A DNA stretch of 58,730 nucleotides, filler included, from Sphacelaria rigidula (lineage: Eukaryota): NCBI GenBank assembly GCA_964200075.2. It is 10 parts of 10 records of this genome, joined end to end, with 100 filler letters (N's around TTAATTAATTAA, not from the genome) between each part and the next. Parts side by side here need not be neighbours in the genome. Positions count along the whole stretch, not along the records: positions 47,065 to 52,847 come from CAXNAA020024496.1; positions 52,948 to 58,730 come from CAXNAA020024497.1; 8 more parts are not named here. The stretch is one strand, 5' to 3'. Below the pieces are notes generated by a model, which saw only the letters and a list, made by a program, of their open reading frames with translations, was not told where the DNA came from and ran no database searches. This document shows positions 49,131-58,730 of this stretch, piece after piece. The stretch's first letter is position 1. Each line of letters starts with the position of its first letter. The position numbers and the translations under genes were made by a program.

Positions 49131-50162
49131 CATGTGTGTGTATAGTATATATACATACAGAGAATATTCCGAACTCACGAACGTGAAGCATACTTTTTAA
49201 CGAGGCGTCCACGAGATTTATTGCTGATATTAGTGTGCAAGTTACTCCGCCCCCGCCCTGGGAGATGACTGTTCGGGCCAATACCAATGCTGGGGGCCCT
49301 ATTAGCGGATTCGTGCTTTACTTTGTGCTGGGGGACACATGCGTTCGCGACTCTTTGAACGGACGCGCGATCCCGGTGGTCCTGCAATGTTTCCGGTGGG
49401 TATGAATATTTCGAGAGAGGATCTATTCTCACGAGGGGTTGGCAAGGCAAGAACACCGAGACTCTCGAAAAAAATGGACGGGACCGAGGCGCAGCCACCG
49501 GGTCCCGTGCGGCTTGTATATATATATATTTACATATATAGTGCGTTTTACACGTCATGATGGTGTTGATAGTGATCGGCGTCGCGATATTCGGACTAGA
49601 ATTTTTCGAGCCGAATTTGCAATGGAAAAAAGGGTTAAAAAAGTCGCTGTTTACCCCCCTCCCTGTTCTTCTACTCACGCGTGTTGGTTAAATGGGCATG
49701 GAATAAGTTCTTTGGCCATTCGCATGGTCCGTTTCAATTTTGCCAGAAACTCTGCGGCCAATGATGGCGCATGCCCCTCTCTCGTGTGATGAGAGTCTGA
49801 TCATTTTAGCTCAGACAATTTGATTTGTTGTAGTGAGGTGTCAGTTACAGCAGAATCTTTTGCGTCCTTCTTTTTTGTCCCCGTCAGAACCTTGTGTTAT
49901 TGTTGCTGGTCATGGTCATCATCTAGAGGTCGGATTTCGGTCCCCGGGTGTGCATACCGCACTGTTCCCCTTCGTTTGCACTCGAACAGTGTTCGAGATC
50001 TCCTCTTCGAGTTTCTGCATTTTGCCTCTCTGCATTGATTGTCGTGTACGATGAGTAGGGTCCTCATATAGTGCGGTGGGTTAGTTTCCAGCCCGGCATG
50101 ACTACACTGTGCTGGGACCCTGTACTTGTCTTGTCTAGTGCAATTACTCGGTAGTAGTATAA

Positions 50163-50472
50163 CGGTCGCCCCGGTGGCTTAGTTGGTAACCTCGAAGCCT
50201 TCTGATGGTTGGGTCGTGGGTTCAACTCTCGGAGCGATCTGGGATTTTTCTCACACCATAACCAACAGTGGAGAGCGATTATGTCGTGGGTACATAAAAT
50301 TAGACTCAACGATCGATGAGGAAAGGGACTGCTGGACCCCTCTCGCGATTAAAAATAGAGGCAAGCACCGTAGAAGGAAGGTAGAGTACTCAAAACAAAC
50401 AGAAAAAAAACTCCTGTGTTGACCTTTCCCCCATGTGACCCCGGCTGGTGCGGCCACATATACCGAAATGTG
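50163..50472 (+). mobile_element. tRNA-derived SINE
   Basis: CGGTCGCCCCGGTGGCTTAGTTGG (A box)...GGGTTCAACTC (B box). Body homologous to 7825-8151. Confidence 0.85.
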
Positions 50473-51455
50473 TAGACCAGCGCCCGGAATAGATGGGACC
50501 ACAACACACAACACACACAGTACAGCGATGTGACTTGTAGCTGGAGATCTTGACCGCACTATTACGGGACCGCACTGTGGCAGGACCACCACTGTAATCT
50601 TTGTCTATCGAGCAAGCCAGAAAGGGGTGGTTTTTCACTCCCTGCGTTGAAGGCCCGTGGTTCATGGAACAAATCTCGCTGGCCCCCATCCTTTACAGGA
50701 TAAGAGGTACCAGTATTAGGTAGGTACGGGAGTAGGGAAACGCACCAGGGCTCGATATCAGTCTTGTGGAGGGTGGACAGGAGGTGGGGGGAGGAGGGAT
50801 GTGCTCATGATCTTGCGTCCCGTAGCCATATGGTCATTGATGTTGCATCCCTACAACGCCGGCGCGGAGCACGTCGGGTTGTCGCGGCACCAGGCTCGCA
50901 GCAATCACCGAGCGGGACGTTCCGTGATGTGTTTGGCGAGTCGCATGAGGGGTGACCTGCATCCTGCTAATATTGTTCGGCCCGAGGCGTACTAATTACC
51001 TTGCAAATGGATTACGGTCTCGATTGGGTCGCATCATTTTCTGGGTATCGTCACGTCCAGAGACAGCCGCGGGCTATACTGTCTCATGGGTAGCCTCGTC
51101 ATTTCTACACTTCGCAGTACGATCACCCGCTTTGCGCGGATTTTGAGGTTCTCCACCCCGCACGATATGATCAAGCTCTACCACCATGCTCACCGTCAAG
51201 AAACGCAAGTGATAAAAAAACGGTAATTGTTACCTAGCTTACGCAGTGGATGGCGCATTTTATAGCATCGTCGCCAGCCGGCGCGAACCCCGTTCGGAGG
51301 GGGGGGGGGGGGGGAGAAGTCACGGGAGAGTTTTGAACGAGAAACTGACTTGTATGTTTGGAGAAGAGACCAACACGNNNNNNNNNNAAAAATATAAAAT
51401 TTTGTGTTTCTTGTTCTTGGGTTGGGGGTGGGTGGGTGGTGTGGGGGCCGGGCGG

Positions 51456-51497
<42 letters not shown>

Positions 51498-51879
51498 AGA
51501 AGTCACGGTAGAGTTTTGAACGAGAAACTGACTTGTATGTTTGGAGAAGAGACCAACACGTTGGGCACTTGAACATGATCCCCTTATTTTCCTTTCAAAA
51601 CGAAGACCTGTTCGACAAGACGGATGGCAGATTATGTCGCGAAATTTTTGCGATCAAAGCTGTTATCAATCACATGGTACAGACAGTAGTACGGCTGTCT
51701 CCCGCTCCCCCCTCCAAAGAGATGCGTGGTCAATGGTTAAATGACTACGGCAAGCAACGAATAATTACCCCCCAACCCCCACCCTCCACCTCACTCCTCC
51801 TTTCCACGCCCCTCGCTTTTACGCCCCATCGTTTCTTGGCTCTACCCTCGATCGATCTCGTATCTTGTCTTTGTGCCAG

Positions 51880-51993
51880 TACCCCGATTTGCTTCATGCA
51901 GAGAGTGCTGGGCATCACAAACCTCGGGGACAGCGTGGATTTCAGCACGGCAACCGTCGACCTCATCTCCACGATCCCGCTCCCTGATCCACC
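51880..51993 (+). CDS. Probable next exon of the same unidentified gene
   Basis: tgccag|T ACC CCG ATT TGC...GAT CCA CC|gtgagt encodes TPICFMQRVLGITNLGDSVDFSTATVDLISTIPLPDP. Phase-compatible with 48672-48767. Confidence 0.55.
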
Positions 51994-53214
51994 GTGAGTG
52001 TTCTTCTCTTCTTACTCGGCGGACGCCTTTTGTCATCCCTCTCATTGCTGGGAACGTTGTGCTATCGAGGGCTGATGATCCCGGCTGTGGCCGTTTTATG
52101 TCGTGGCCGATGGGAGCTTGGGTAGTAAGTAGGCAGGCGGGAGGAGGGGGTTTTAGATACCTATAGCTATTCGGTATAGAGCACATATGAACATCACACA
52201 CGCATGGACACACACCCACACATATGTATATATATTTATATGTGTTACTCTGATTGCGGTTGTGTTATTATTTCAGCCCAGGGAGAAGTACCGCAGCAGC
52301 TCGCTGCTGCGGTGAAACATCTTCCCACCAGGGGAGTGATGATATTTTGCTATGCGTGGTTTTTGCTCGGGAATCGTGTGAGTGTCGATAACGTGTCTGA
52401 ATCAAACGGCTGATACGATGGCTGGATGAACAAGAGAAACAACGGTTGAAAAAAGAAAAAAACGACGGTTTGGAGTCTTTAGCCGGGGGGGCGAGGATGA
52501 GGAGTATTTGTAGAGTGGAAGCGGAAGACGCCGACTGTTGGTTGATTGGTTGATTGGTTGATTGGTGGAAAAAATGAATGATTCGATTGACTTTGAGTTG
52601 AGTTGATTTGATCTTGAGTTATTGGTCGCAAATCCCCTCCCCCCTGGATAGACACCCATGAGGCAGTGTAAAAGTCGTGACTGTCTCTGGAAGTGGCGAT
52701 GCCACAAAACAAAGCAACTCATTGTAGGCTGCCATCCACATGCAAGATGATCAGTAGGCTTCGGGCCGAACAATCTGAGCAGGATGCAGCTCACCCCTCA
52801 TGCGACTGGCCGAACACACCACGGCGCTTCGCGCTTGGTGGTTTGAGNNNNNNNNNNNNNNNNNNNNNNNNNNNNNNNNNNNNNNNNNNNNTTAATTAAT
52901 TAANNNNNNNNNNNNNNNNNNNNNNNNNNNNNNNNNNNNNNNNNNNNGGTTCTGTGCTCGCACTGAGTATTTTACATACGTTGTCAATATTCTTTGTTCT
53001 TGAGTGTGCCGCAATACCCCCCCCCCCCCCAAGAATAAAACTTGGACTTTATCGCAATGAATGATAGAGCTATTATATATGGAGATGGAAAAAGAAGCCC
53101 AGTAAAATTATTTTTTTACGAAGAAAGCAATCGATATTGATTCACTTCCCCTGTGAACACCATTTCATTCGGGCCCTCTTGTATCTCCGCCTTGCGTCAT
53201 CCCTACGGCCTCAG

Positions 53215-53400
53215 ATCGAACTCGCGACTTTGCCCCTGCACGCATCCGGGGTGCGGGCGCGCATTCGACAGACCGAGCAAACTGGCGACACACATGAAGA
53301 CGCATGAGGCCCGATTCTTCTGCGAGTTTGAGGGGTGCGGCAAGGGTTTTGTCTTGGCGTCGGGTCTCAATTTGCATCTACGAGAGGAGCACCCGTTCAG
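53215..53400 (+). CDS. C2H2 zinc-finger exon, TFIIIA-like
   Basis: ctcag|...CPCTHPGCGRAFDRPSKLATHMKTHEARFFCEFEGCGKGFVLASGLNLHLREEHPFR|gtacaa: two fingers. Confidence 0.92.
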
Positions 53401-54410
53401 GTACAAGCACACCGATGTAAAACACCTGTGATATTCACCAATGATGAAAAATAGTGGCGGATCAGAAAAAGGAAGCAAGACTTCGGACAGTTTGGCAGTA
53501 AGCGGAATACATCGGGGGGGGGGGGGGCGACTCAAGATGTAAACTGAGTTTGGAGCATGTGCCTCTGCTTGCTTGGGTGCATTCTTGTTAACTTCACACC
53601 GTGGGAGACTCTGTTTTTCTCGGTACGTAGACTAAGGTCACTGTAATCCCTCAGTGATGATTAGCGTGCATCTATTTGCAACTCTGTAGATGGCGCACGC
53701 GTGAACTTACCCCATCTCCCTTTCAAAAAGTACGCTGGTCTGCGTACATTTTTATGCGATTGCGACTGATGCCGCGATAGCAACCCCCCCCCCCCCCCCC
53801 CCCCCCCAAAACAGAACGAGAAGCGGGACGGCGTGGGCAGGGGAAAGGAGAGACAGAGACAGAANNNNNNNNNNAAAAACGACGCTGGTTCTCGCACATT
53901 TTTATACGAGTTCACCAACTGCCGAACTACCCCCCCCCCCCCCCCCCCTCCCCCAGAAAAAAAGAAAGGAAAGTGGAATGGTCTGGGGAGGCAAAATGTG
54001 CATGTGAATCAAACTGAACAAAGCCGAGCACACCGAGTAGCTAGGAACTACCACACGTGGGATTGTTTTCGCCAATTGTCGCCCGTATGTGGCGCCTCAT
54101 ACAGTCTGAAACCAGCTACGGTATAATACTCTGTATGGCCATTTTCTTCGTGATGTGTGGGGTTGGTTGAGAAGGAGGGCCATCACGTCATCACTCTTGC
54201 ATTGCCTCGTAGCTCCATTGCTTTGGGTCTAGTAAATACCCCGCCAAAAGTAAGCAATGTATGGAGTTTTCTCGATGATTCACGGGGGAGGTGAAGCGGT
54301 CGCTTCTATCAGTTGAGTTTTTTTTAAAAGTTATAATGAAACATGCAAAGACTGTCAACACGCTCAAGGTCTGTGTCTTCGTTGCCCGTCGTGCTTCCCT
54401 TTCATCGTAG

Positions 54411-54591
54411 GTGCGGCGTTTGTGACAGGCGCTTCGACCGCGAGGACAAGATGCTAGAGCACCAGGCGACGCACGAACGCGCCGGAGACGGCGGCTTGAT
54501 ACGGCCGTACATCTGCCTCGCACCTGGGTGTGGGAAGGCCTTCACCGAGAAGAGGAATCTCAATGCCCACCGCCGAACAGCGCACACGGAG
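54411..54591 (+). CDS. C2H2 zinc-finger exon, TFIIIA-like
   Basis: cgtag|G TGC GGC...: CGVCDRRFDREDKMLEHQATHERAGDGGLIRPYICLAPGCGKAFTEKRNLNAHRRTAHTE|gtgaaa. Confidence 0.92.
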
Positions 54592-55149
54592 GTGAAACAA
54601 ATGTACAGTTTTGGGTAGGAATGGGGGCCCTTACGACCAAAAATCTACACGATCTAAAAATATAAAGAACGCGGAGGAATAATGAACATGTCAGTAGGTT
54701 ATCGGACCTGTGCCGAGGCCCTCACGAACAGAACATTCGCTTTATCAGTTACTAAATTGGGGTTATTGTGGGAAAGCTGTAGCACTGGAGATCGCGCGGT
54801 TCTCGACTCGGGAAGAAAGCCGGCTCACGGCACTTGACAGCCCCCCACATACACAACATCTAGGGAAACTGGTTACACATTCAGTTCGAGTCGCAACAGT
54901 GGACCAGGAAACCCCCCTCCCAGAGTGCAAAACTCCTTGTTTGGTATATTTTGATTCTTTGCAGGTCACTGTCACGCGTAAACGCAAAAGAGTAAGTAGG
55001 TGACCTAGCTTGGGTGTGTGGCAAGCGCACACGAGAAACCGCAGTCCAATTTCCTGCTTCGTTGCCGAGTTGTATGCGTTGCGCGATCGACACTTTTGGG
55101 CTGAGGATCAGTAGCATCTTTCGAGGTCGAAGATGGCAAATTCAAAAAA

Positions 55150-56190
55150 TCGGTGCGCATATATATTTTTCTTGCCGCTAGCAACTTGTGAAGACACGCA
55201 GTTTGGTTGCGTGCCACCACACACTGCTTTGTTCGGTGCGGCCGTGCACAAGAGGCAATTTCGCCTTTCAACGGCGAGTATCCTTTTAAGCGTCGAATTA
55301 CAGAGGAAGTGTTCACAAAAGGACAAAGGTGGCGGCTGCTTTGTGCCAGGGCTCCAGTGCAGAAGCCGGGTCGTCGAGAGCGATTTTAGCATGTGCACTT
55401 CCTTACATCTGCTGGCGACTGTTGTCATGTACTTGGTAACTGTCTGTACATACTATTAATATTGCAAGAATGAAATGCAAAGTGTGCGACGCTCCACAAG
55501 CTTCGTTTTGGGTCGTGTGTTTTTTTTCTTGCGGCGAGCAGTGTGTGACGGCATTTCACTTTGTGGCATGCCACCAGGTGCTGCTGCGTTCTGTACGGCT
55601 GTGCACAAAGGGCAAATTCGCCTTTCAACAGCGAGTACCCGCTATGTATTGAGTTGCAGAGGGCGAGGTCACACACGAATTTTGGCTGTTGTGTCCGAGG
55701 GTTCCAGCGGAGAAGCCAAGGCGCGAAGAGCGATTTCTTTTTTCAAACTACACACCATGTATGCCCAGGTCGGCAGAGCCACGATGTTTCGAGTGACTGT
55801 ACGAGTACATACTGCAAGGAATATGTAAACCATGCGATTTGCGCCAACTTGCATCTTCGACCAAATGTCATTTTTTGACACTAATCAATGTCATAACGTT
55901 TGCTTTGGTGGTGGTTCGCTATGTGCCGCTCTGTTCTGTGGGAATGTGCACAAAGGACAACCTCACGTATCATGAGCGAATACCCTCTTATCCCTTGACT
56001 TGTCGAGGACGAGTTTACAGATGAAGTACGGCTGTCTTATGGCGGACGGTTTCGAGGCAGAACCCAAGGCGTCTGAAACGACTTCCATTTTCGATGACGC
56101 ACTGGCCATTTAGAATCGGGTCGGCAGAGCAACGATGTTTCACGTGTCTCCCTGTTCATACTGCAAAGAACATGGAAGCTATGCGACTTA
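55150..56190. repeat. Three diverged tandem units of ~350 bp within an intron
   Basis: GTGCACAA..G.CAA..TC.C...TCA...GCGA.TA.CC at ~55244, ~55601 and ~55946. GTCGGCAGAGC.ACGATGTTTC..GTG.CT at ~55769 and ~56120. Confidence 0.8.
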
Positions 56191-57149
56191 ATCCAACTTG
56201 CTGTTTTAAACGGGACACTACACAGGCGGAAAGGAGCTCAGTCAGTGACTACCCAATTCACCTCATTTGAGGAGCGTTGCCCCCTCCCATATCACCATCC
56301 ACCCCACCTCTGCCGGCCTCACAATGTTTTTTGTCACGTTTGTCCAACTTCGTCCCTTAGGAGATTTCGAAATTAGCGGAAAATTGACGTTGTTAGATGT
56401 TGATGTGGACGGATTGTACCAGAACGTGCCCAAGCGACTGACAAGATGAGATTCCTTCCTCATGTCATGACCCCGACCTCATTGGGCCGAGGAAAAATTC
56501 ACTCTTCAATCCCGCAGTCAAAGCTGTGTGTAGGACATGCAGCACGCAGCCAATCCGCACAGCATGAACTTCTTGATCGTCAACATCATCAACATAATCA
56601 ACATCGTCCTTATTAGTGTTCGCATGCGCGAAGCTGCTGCTCATGATCTCCAAATTCCCGTACTGTCTCGTTCTAGCACAACGTTAGGCACACCTTTCAC
56701 TGCAGTTACGTTGGTGTGTGGCGGCCACAACACACAACCGCTGCTGTTCGTGTTCTTGTCTTGCTGTCTTCGCGCAATGACGGTAAACGTGGGTTGGCAG
56801 CTCGGGGTGTGTGCTTCTCGAGTGGTACAGACGGGAGCAGAACACTAATTAGTGCAACAAGATTGTACATCTACCGATGTGGAGCGAGCTTTCCGGAGGA
56901 ACAAAATCACATCAACACCGACCATTCCCAGGCTTGAGTAAATGTACTAGACATACATTTCATTCAATATGAGCCAGATCGTTATTTGTAGGTGACGCGT
57001 GTATTTTCCATTGATATGGTTCGTATGATTTCGGACCACTTCTGACGCATATAGTGTTCAGCTTGCACTTTCCTGGAATATAGTACTCAAAATCGGCCCC
57101 CATTCCTACCCACAACAGTTTCATGGTCTTCGTATTTTATCCTACGACA

Positions 57150-57403
57150 GAGTGATGCTACGGTAGGGGTGCACAAATATTTTCCGAGTTTGGAACCGGT
57201 GGGAGCCCTTGATCTCATCCACAACGACTTATGAAAATATGTGAGAGTACGCCACAATTACTATGCCCATGTGATGGGGAGATCCCGACTGAATTTGCAA
57301 ACGGGGATGCCCTGACCCATCTTCTTGTGCCTCTAGAATCGCTAAAGGCCGGCGAACCAGACAATTTTTCGCGCTAAAGTGCACCCCTACCGTAGCATTG
57401 CTC
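57150..57403. mobile_element. 254-bp MITE with GAG..CTC termini and 4-bp TSD (Sola2-like)
   Basis: GACA|GAGTGATGCTACGGTAGGGGTGCAC...GTGCACCCCTACCGTAGCATTGCTC|GACA. Same TIR family as 25851-25992. Confidence 0.85.
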
Positions 57404-57633
57404 GACAACTGAACGCCGTTCAGTGACGGTCGGAAGGCGATCAAATTGCTAGTGGGTCCACGAGGCAAGACATGAATACATGAAAGTTTTTATTAACCGT
57501 GTCTACGGCGCACCTATTCGAAACTGAGGAAAATTACCGTACATCCGAGCTCTCCCCTCAACGCAATGTCTCGTTTATTGCAATACATCCAACCAACACG
57601 CCAGTTCTCCCACCCAACCTTTTTCTTCCGCAG

Positions 57634-58730
57634 GGCGGTCGAAAGCGATTCCGCTGTGAGGAGCGAGGGTGCGACATGGCGTTCGCACACCGGCACACAT
57701 TAGCCAAGCACATCAAGCGCGAGCATTCTCCGTCGAGAAAAACGGGAAAGGCAACCCAACGTTCTTCACGTTCCCGGCCCCGATCTAGGTCCCGCACCGG
57801 TGAGAGCGGCGGCGATGGTGGAGGTAATCTTGCTACCGCTGGCACTTCGGCTGAAGCCAGCAGGGCCAAGAAGAGGTTGCGCGCGGCTGCCGCTGTGCCA
57901 CCGGCCGCGGAGGAAACTGTCGATGACGCAGGTGGCAAAAACTTCAGCCGCGAGAAGCGCTCAGTGGCGATGGCGCAAGCGCCGGAGCGCTCAGCCTCCG
58001 CGGCCACTGGAATGACACCGAGAAGGTCCTTGACAGGATTGCGGCGATCTGCTTCGGCAGCCGAGCTGTCACCGCCCCGGCGGAACAACGAGTGTAAGGT
58101 AGGGATGGTGGTAAACGGTGACAGAGGTCGTGAGATGAGCGGGACTCGCCGCTGGCGGACGTTGCCCTCACCAGGTGCAGTAGAGAGAGCAGCAGTGGCG
58201 GCCACGGCAGCCAACTGCGGTTCAAAGCGGAGTATTTCGTCGTCGCTCGCCACCCAGGCGGCCGCTGCTGTGTTTGAAATGCGCAGCACTGCGGTACCAG
58301 ATCCAGGAATGACCTTGGAAGAGTGCGAGCAAAGGGCGCTTCTGGAATTGGGGGAACAGGTATGCAGTACCGGCAAGGAAGGTACCGTTGGTGCGGGTGA
58401 CACCCGAGACGAAGAGGAAGGTGCTGGAGTCGGTGTACCGGCTGCCACAGCAGATGACAAGACAGACAAGACGCGCCCGGATCTGGTAGTTAAGTCGAGC
58501 ACCCTCGAGGAAAATTACGCTGGAACTTCAGAATCGTTGCTCGCCACCCAGGCGGCCATTGCTATGTCTGAAATGGACAGCGCTGCGGTACCAGATCCAG
58601 GAATTACCATGGAAGAGTGCGAGCAAAGGGCGCCTCTGGAATTGGGGGAACAGGCATGCAGTATCGGCAAGGAAGGTACCGTTGGTGCGGGTGACACCCG
58701 AGACGAAGAGGACGGTGCTGGAGTCGGTGT
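57634..58730 (+). CDS. Large exon of the zinc-finger gene: last finger plus low-complexity tail, runs off the window
   Basis: ttccgcag|GGRKRFRCEERGCDMAFAHRHTLAKHIKREHSPSRK... is open to the window end and phase 0 after ...AHTE. It is absent from the ORF track because it has no stop. Confidence 0.9.

Noticed and set aside
51300..51560. Direct duplication of AGAAGTCACGG.AGAGTTTTGAACGAGAAACTGACTTGTATGTTTGGAGAAGAGACCAACACG
   Set aside because: The copies flank an N gap next to poly-G runs; most likely an assembly overlap artefact
54592..57633. 5S rRNA-mimic cassette exon as in plant TFIIIA introns
   Set aside because: Looked for 5S-like motifs in the visible introns and found none
57558..58502. 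314-aa minus-strand ORF
   Set aside because: Antisense to the + strand exon that encodes a clear C2H2 finger

Overview
The window is an artificial concatenation of ten 5783-bp genomic segments (1-5783, 5884-11666, 11767-17549, 17650-23432, 23533-29315, 29416-35198, 35299-41081, 41182-46964, 47065-52847, 52948-58730), joined by 100-bp N/TTAATTAATTAA/N linkers, so nothing should be read across segment boundaries. The DNA is eukaryotic, repeat-rich and intron-rich. The GT-AG exons, Copia/LINE families and SINE look brown-algal (Ectocarpus-like), which is my inference and not a database result. Host-gene pieces: two ABCG transporter exons, three exons of a TFIIIA-like C2H2 zinc-finger gene, the 3' end of a membrane protein gene with a WGTR motif and a ~980-aa disordered repeat-bearing tail, and a few unassigned exons. 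Three structures stand out. (i) Segment 1 is exactly one 5779-bp element bounded by 70-bp near-perfect terminal inverted repeats, plus 4 extra bases that may be a TSD; it has no recognisable transposase but carries a decayed reading frame, a spliceable exon, fold-backs and nested MITEs. (ii) Segment 3 holds a tandem Ty1/Copia arrangement in which one LTR sits between a PPT and a PBS. (iii) There is a diverse set of small TIR elements with readable TSDs: TTAA, 4-bp with GAG..CTC ends, 8-bp with CAC..GTG ends, 5-bp, 3-bp and TA. No rRNA, true tRNA gene or CRISPR array was found.
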